Part shown: positions 27,936-32,742 of the stretch, piece after piece
Layout: each line of letters begins with the position of its first letter
Position numbering within the stretch: position 1 is the first letter of the stretch
DNA from: an uncultured Pseudorhodobacter sp.
Lineage (GTDB): Bacteria; Pseudomonadota; Alphaproteobacteria; Rhodobacterales; Rhodobacteraceae
Reading direction: 5' to 3'
Assembly (NCBI GenBank): GCA_965363575.1
Contig: CBDTUV010000001.1
Location: 1 to 32,742, forward strand
DNA: 32,742 bases
Made by a program: the position numbers and the translations under genes
Notes under the pieces: model-generated
What the model was told of the DNA's origin: nothing
What the model saw: the letters and a program-made list of their open reading frames with translations, nothing else
Database searches by the model: none

Positions 27936-30900
27936 TTAAGAGTCGTCGCTGTCGTCGCCCACATAGGAGGAGCTGAACGAACCGCCAACAACGTTCATGT
28001 CGACGGTGTTACCCATCACGTTGGCGCCCATTACGATGCTCTGGTTGAACGCCGCGACATCGACTGCCGCTGCGGCAGAGGCGTAGGATTCGCCGGTGAC
28101 ATAGCCGTCATCACCGTTGCCTGAGCCCCACGAACCGGCATCACCGCCAGCACCGCCAGCACCATTGGTGGCCGAACCACCCATGCCACCAGATACAGTG
28201 CCGCCAAAGGTGTCGCCGACTGCCGCTGCACCGCCCATCGCGTCACCGGATCCACCGGATGCTGCTTCGGACATGCCTCCGTAACCGCCATTCCCAGACG
28301 ACCCATCGACGTTACCGCTTGCACCTGCATCCGCAGAAGAATCGGCGCTGTTGCCTGTTCCGCCGCCTGCACCAGTTGACACATCCGTGTCATTGTCGGT
28401 GTAGGATTCGGAAAGTGCTTCGGCTGCGATATCGGACAGACCTCCATAGCCACCATCGCTGTCAGCATAACCATCTGCACTGGTGTCTGTGGTGTTTGCG
28501 TTCGACGAACCGCTGTCTCCGCCATCGCCGCTTGAGGCGTTAGAGGAGGCACTACCGTTGCCGTTCACATCCGATGTTGTGGCCGCATCCGTAGCACCTG
28601 TTGCACCACCACTGGCTTGCGAGTCGCCGGTGCCAGCTGCTGTTGCATCGGCATCGTTGTTCGCAGACCCGGCTGCACCGGCCCCGGATTCGGAGTCTGT
28701 GTAGCCACTGGAGGTGTTGGAGGCGTCATCGTCCGTCGCCGCATTGCCGGCTGCACCTGCGCCACTTGCGCCTGTGTTGGTCGCATCACCTGAGAGGTTG
28801 TTTTCAAACATCCCAGTGGACGCTGCACCAGAACCACCTGCACCGGACTGGTTATCCGAAGTGCCCATGGCGTCAGCCATCGCGTCGTTGTCAGCCGATC
28901 CGGCAGCACCAGCACCGCTTTCCGAATCTGTGCTACCACTACCATTTGCGGCGGCATCATCGTCCGTTGCGGCGTCACCCATACCAGCAGCGCCGGTTGT
29001 GGCGTTGTTGGTCGAGGTGCCGTTGGTAGTACCGTTGGCGGCACCAGCGTTGCCTGTGGCTCCACCACCTGCGCCGCCAGTGTTGGCAGCATTGGCGTTA
29101 CCAGCCGCTGTACCATCGTTATCAGCCGATCCGGCAGCACCTGCACCAGACTCAGAGTCTGTCGATCCGTTGTTGGTGCCAACCGCATCGTCGTCAGATG
29201 CTGCATCGCCATTGCCGCCCGCAGCGCCGTTACCAGAGCTGGTTGCATCGCCAGAGACATCGTTATCGGCCATACCAGAGGTGCCGTTGGCGTTGCCACC
29301 ATTGCCACCTGTACCGGTGCCGGTTCCAGTGCCGTTAGAATTGGCGTTGCCAGAGGTCGCAGGACCATTACCGCCGGCACCACCTGTGCCGTCACCTGCA
29401 ACACCTACGCCAAGACCAAGCAACGCACCAATACCAGCGGCTTCGCTTTCGCCTTCGCCGCCATCGCCGCCCTCGCCGTCAGCGTTGGATCCAGCCGCAG
29501 CCAGACCAGCACCAAGACCACCACCGCTACCAGCATTGCCAGCCTCGGCTTCGGCCTCGGATTCAGCATCGCCAGATGCGTCGCCCGTTGCTTCGTTTTC
29601 GGCGTTCCCACCCGATGCGCCTTCAGCGTCGTTGTTGCTGTCGGTTTCGGCTGAGGCTGCGCCGTCTACGTTACCGTCAATGTCGCCACCACGTCCGCCA
29701 TCGGCATTGCCGTCAGCTTCAGCGTCAACTTCATTGTCAGCATTGCCATCTGCATTACCAGCATTGCCAGCTTCAGCGTCTGCATTGGTTTCAGCGTTAC
29801 TTTCGCCTTCAACATCGCTTTCTTGATCTGCGTTGCCGGTGTTGCCACCTTCGGCGTCTGCATTGCTATCAGTTTCGGCATCGGCCGCAACATCAACGTT
29901 GCCGTCGATATCGCCACCATTACCACCATCAGCATTACCAGCGGTTTCAGCGTTGGCATCGGCAGCAACTTCGCCGCTGGCATTACCGCTGTCTCCACCA
30001 TCAGCCTCAGCCGAAGCGTCTGCATCACCGTCGGCTTCGCCTGTAGCTCTCAGATCGACATTGCCGCTTCCACCACCTTCGGCGTCAGCATTGCTGTCGG
30101 TTGCAGCTTCGCCTTCAACGTCAACATTGCCGTCAATATCGCCACCGTTTCCGCCTTCGCCTTTAGCTTCGCTTTCGCTATCGGCCGAGGTATCAACATC
30201 GGTTTTGCTGTCGGCATCGCCGGCATCGCCACCTTTGGCTTGGGTTTCGATGTCAGTTTCTGCTTCAGTTTCCTGATCGGCGGCGCTGTCAGCGTTGCCG
30301 CCGTCACCGGCTTCTTCGTCAGAACTTGCCTCTGTATCAACATCTGCATCGGTCTCATTATCGGCATCGGCGTCGCCGCCCCGCCCACCTTGACCATCAG
30401 CATCGGTTTCAGCTTTGGCTTCGCTGTCGCCGTCGTTTTCAGAATCATTATCGCCACCGTTGCCAGCGTCGCCTTCGGCAGTTGCTTCGGACTCGCCGCC
30501 TGTGGCTTCATTCCCAGCAGCATCGACCGCGCCAGAGCCACCGCCGTTTCCGCCATCCGCATCGGCATCGCCGGTGTTACCGCTCTCGCCACCTTTGGCT
30601 TCGGCTTGGCCGCCGGCTGTATCGCCACCCTCGGCACCACCACCATCGGCATCGGCATCGCTGCCGCCTTTCGCACCGTTGCTGGCAACACTGATACCTT
30701 CGGCGGCATTCGCTTCGCCACCTTCGGCATTACCGGATTGGTTGAACTCGCCGTTGTTCGAAACCTTGGCTTCTTCCAGAACGTCGTTATCGTTCAGGTC
30801 GTTGGTCAAAACGTTTACGAAACCAGCGTTATTGCCGGCACCATTCAGCGAGTTGGTGAGGATATCACCCATGTTGACGTCATTGCCAGGATCGAAGTCT

Positions 30901-31448
30901 ATGTCACCCTTGGCCATATAAATGTCGCCGGTTGAACTATCACGAAGATCAAAATCGGCAAAATCATCATCCGAAGGTTCATAACCTTCAAGATCAACTC
31001 CAACGTCAACGTCAACGTCAACATCGACGGAGGTGTCATTGTCATTGGTGTTGTCGTTTTCATTGTCACTATCTGCCGACGCATCAGCAGTGGCGTCAGC
31101 GTCTGCATCCGAATCTGAATCAGCGTCAGAGTCTGATGCGGTAGTGGCATCGGAGTTGTTGGTAGAGTTTGTGTTGGATGTGTTGGAATTTGACCCGTTA
31201 GAAGAGGAGGTGCTGTTGGCATTACCGTCAGCAGTTCCGTTTCCGCTACCTGTTCCCGTTCCGGTTCCCGTCCCGTCACCATCCGCAGTGGCGTTATTTT
31301 GGTTGGTGTTCTCGTTCTCGTTCTCGTTTTCGTTTTCCGACTCGTTTTCGTTTTCGTTCGTGTTTGTGTTGACGTTTTCGTCGTCATCATGGTGGTTGGA
31401 GCCGCGTTCGCCGTCACCCCAGCCCATTACACTGTTACGCTTAGCCAT
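27936..31448 (-). CDS. Large acidic G/A/D/N/S/E-rich repetitive protein, putative T1SS substrate
   Basis: 1170-aa open frame; no Cys, few basic or aromatic residues, no signal peptide; C-terminal AFNQSIVMGANVMGNTVDMNVVGG; first gene of the T1SS cluster. Confidence 0.88.
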   Translation of the reverse strand: MAKRNSVMGWGDGERGSNHHDDDENVNTNTNENENESENENENENENTNQNNATADGDGTGTGTGTGSGNGTADGNANSTSSSNGSNSNTSNTNSTNNSDATTASDSDADSDSDADADATADASADSDNENDNTNDNDTSVDVDVDVDVGVDLEGYEPSDDDFADFDLRDSSTGDIYMAKGDIDFDPGNDVNMGDILTNSLNGAGNNAGFVNVLTNDLNDNDVLEEAKVSNNGEFNQSGNAEGGEANAAEGISVASNGAKGGSDADADGGGAEGGDTAGGQAEAKGGESGNTGDADADGGNGGGSGAVDAAGNEATGGESEATAEGDAGNGGDNDSENDGDSEAKAETDADGQGGRGGDADADNETDADVDTEASSDEEAGDGGNADSAADQETEAETDIETQAKGGDAGDADSKTDVDTSADSESEAKGEGGNGGDIDGNVDVEGEAATDSNADAEGGGSGNVDLRATGEADGDADASAEADGGDSGNASGEVAADANAETAGNADGGNGGDIDGNVDVAADAETDSNADAEGGNTGNADQESDVEGESNAETNADAEAGNAGNADGNADNEVDAEADGNADGGRGGDIDGNVDGAASAETDSNNDAEGASGGNAENEATGDASGDAESEAEAEAGNAGSGGGLGAGLAAAGSNADGEGGDGGEGESEAAGIGALLGLGVGVAGDGTGGAGGNGPATSGNANSNGTGTGTGTGGNGGNANGTSGMADNDVSGDATSSGNGAAGGNGDAASDDDAVGTNNGSTDSESGAGAAGSADNDGTAAGNANAANTGGAGGGATGNAGAANGTTNGTSTNNATTGAAGMGDAATDDDAAANGSGSTDSESGAGAAGSADNDAMADAMGTSDNQSGAGGSGAASTGMFENNLSGDATNTGASGAGAAGNAATDDDASNTSSGYTDSESGAGAAGSANNDADATAAGTGDSQASGGATGATDAATTSDVNGNGSASSNASSGDGGDSGSSNANTTDTSADGYADSDGGYGGLSDIAAEALSESYTDNDTDVSTGAGGGTGNSADSSADAGASGNVDGSSGNGGYGGMSEAASGGSGDAMGGAAAVGDTFGGTVSGGMGGSATNGAGGAGGDAGSWGSGNGDDGYVTGESYASAAAAVDVAAFNQSIVMGANVMGNTVDMNVVGGSFSSSYVGDDSDDS
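28640..29300 (-). repeat. Three imperfect 231-bp (77-aa) coding repeats
   Basis: TDSESGAGAAGSA(D/N)ND starts at 29162, 28931 and 28700. Confidence 0.85.
29530..30155 (-). repeat. Three imperfect 228-bp (76-aa) coding repeats
   Basis: GG(N/R)GGDIDGNVD starts at 30155, 29927 and 29699; units divide into 26+26+24-aa segments. Confidence 0.85.
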
Positions 31449-31902
31449 ATCTAAATCTCATATATTGAGGCCCGAACGTACCGCCAGTCATTTCCAAAGC
31501 GGTCACCGTCATGGCGAGTTTCAATTTTTTTGGATTTTGTGTCTGATGCTGACGCGATCGCTATCAGGAGCAGACGGCCGTTTGACTGTGCGGTATCTGG
31601 TTTAATACTCCCCCTTACAAATCAAAGTCTCCGCGTGCCCGTTCCCGACTTAGCCCCGAAAAGTGAGGGCGCAGAGCGTGTGTGGCGGCGGGTCACACCG
31701 AAAAGCCTAAAAAATTCGATGGCTTTCCAGATCAAGGCTGGCAGCGAATCGCCCGTCAGACACCTTGGAAAAAGGATTAGGTTTTCGGGAAAGCGCGTGC
31801 GGCTCTGCTAGTTAGCACCTTGAAAATATGAAAAATTCGTGTGTTGCGAGTGAGGGCCGCAATTTTGCCCTAAAGCTGACAAATTCGGCTAAACATATAA
31901 AA

Positions 31903-31922
31903 TTAATGAATTATTAATAATT
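31903..31922. promoter_or_regulatory. CtrA-like box overlapping an AT palindrome in the divergent promoter region
   Basis: TTAA-tgaatta-TTAA (31903-31917) and the perfect palindrome AATTATTAATAATT (31909-31922). Confidence 0.4.
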
Positions 31923-32086
31923 GCGGCACCCACAGAGTGCCTCGCCAATCGGCTTAGAACCTTGGATTAGACAAACTGACCTAAGGATTTATTTACCTGC
32001 GTCCAAAAGTCAGGCAGGCTAGTCTATACGATTAGATTTTTAAATTTGCCCATTTTGCCGCGTACAGTTTTATTAGGGGGAATTTT

Positions 32087-32742
32087 ATGACCCAAGATAT
32101 TCACCAAGACACATTTGATAACCGCGCTGCCACGCGGACGGACAGCCCGCGATCGAAAATCATTTTTGTCGGAAGCGCGATGAGCTTTTCTGAACGCATC
32201 CTTGCTGTATTCCGCGCGGAGTTTTCAGACTATGATTTTTTCCGTATCTCGACGATTGCGGATGTCTCGGCCGCGTGCAGGCTGCACGACGATGTGCAGC
32301 TTGTGGTCTTTGAAGCGTCCATGATGCAATCCGCGTTGGACGATACGCAGCGCATGCTTGATGCAGTTGGTTCCGCGCGGATCATCTTTTCGCTACTGGA
32401 TCCGCAAGATGCTGCTCGGTTTCTCTTTGCACGTTCTGGGCGGTTGGGGTTGAAAGACGTCGGCTTCCTACCGCTGAACGGCCAGATGGATGTTTGGATT
32501 TCGGTCATGCATCTTTTCCTTTGCGGTCAAAGCTTTTTGCCACAAGATATTGCCGACTTGTTGATCAATGACGTCCCTCAGGCGGGATCAGCGGATGGTT
32601 TGCGGCCTAGTTTGACCGTTCGTGAATGGGAAGTGTTGCAGATGGTGGCGTTGGGCAAACCTAACAAAATTATTGCCGACGATATGGATTTGTCAGTCCA
32701 CACGGTGAAATTGCATATCCACAATTTGTTGAAGAAGATCGG
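32087..32742 (+). CDS. LuxR/NarL-type HTH regulator with degenerate receiver domain, runs off the window end
   Basis: AGGGGGA RBS; manual translation MTQDIHQD..KIIFVGSAMSFSERIL..VQLVVFEAS..VGFLPLNGQMDVWISVMHLFLCGQSFLP..LTVREWEVLQMVALGKPNKIIADDMDLSVHTVKLHIHNLLKKI. Not in the ORF track. Confidence 0.92.
   Translation, partial: MTQDIHQDTFDNRAATRTDSPRSKIIFVGSAMSFSERILAVFRAEFSDYDFFRISTIADVSAACRLHDDVQLVVFEASMMQSALDDTQRMLDAVGSARIIFSLLDPQDAARFLFARSGRLGLKDVGFLPLNGQMDVWISVMHLFLCGQSFLPQDIADLLINDVPQAGSADGLRPSLTVREWEVLQMVALGKPNKIIADDMDLSVHTVKLHIHNLLKKI

Noticed and set aside
29670..30155. GGNGGDIDG as RTX nonapeptides, or the protein as PE-PGRS or an ice nucleation protein
   Set aside because: Lacks the hydrophobic eighth residue and tandem 9-aa spacing of RTX; no PE domain; no 16-aa INP repeats.
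28031..31605. Many long alternative-frame and antisense ORFs over the large gene
   Set aside because: Expected stop-free shadows of low-complexity Gly/Ala/Asp codons; no RBS or domain features.
1..32742. CRISPR array, rRNA or prophage
   Set aside because: No regularly spaced repeats with unique spacers, no rRNA-like sequence and no phage genes were seen.

Overview
Alphaproteobacterial chromosome segment, probably Rhodobacteraceae (inferred from gene content, the tRNA-His type and LexA/CtrA/RpoH motifs). Positions 1-21.2 kb are mostly core genes: dcp (partial), LexA-boxed mmcB, a membrane-protein gene remnant, a DUF6324-like gene, tRNA-His, a 26-aa lipoprotein ORF missed by the ORF track, tex, a secreted protein, a DMT transporter, a tctD-tctE-SBP / tctCBA locus followed by an AtuA-like + DUF4387-like pair, a GGCT-family gene, glycine riboswitch-gcvTHP and trxC. 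A decayed junction (flavin reductase pseudogene, IS110 and IS3 remnants) precedes the most interesting part (21.85-32.7 kb). This is a type I secretion locus (ABC + HlyD, no TolC) downstream of two signal-peptide-less, non-RTX proteins that share alternating QxNxLxDxD / GxNxxxN motifs. The 796-aa protein carries about five tandem motif pairs. The 1170-aa acidic protein carries one pair, split by a ~910-aa insert that is mirror-symmetric around a central hydrophobic segment. A divergent pseudo-receiver LuxR regulator completes an organisation reminiscent of curli/Fap loci. I propose, as an untested inference, a T1SS-exported extracellular fibre system. All calls come from reading the sequence; no database searches were run.
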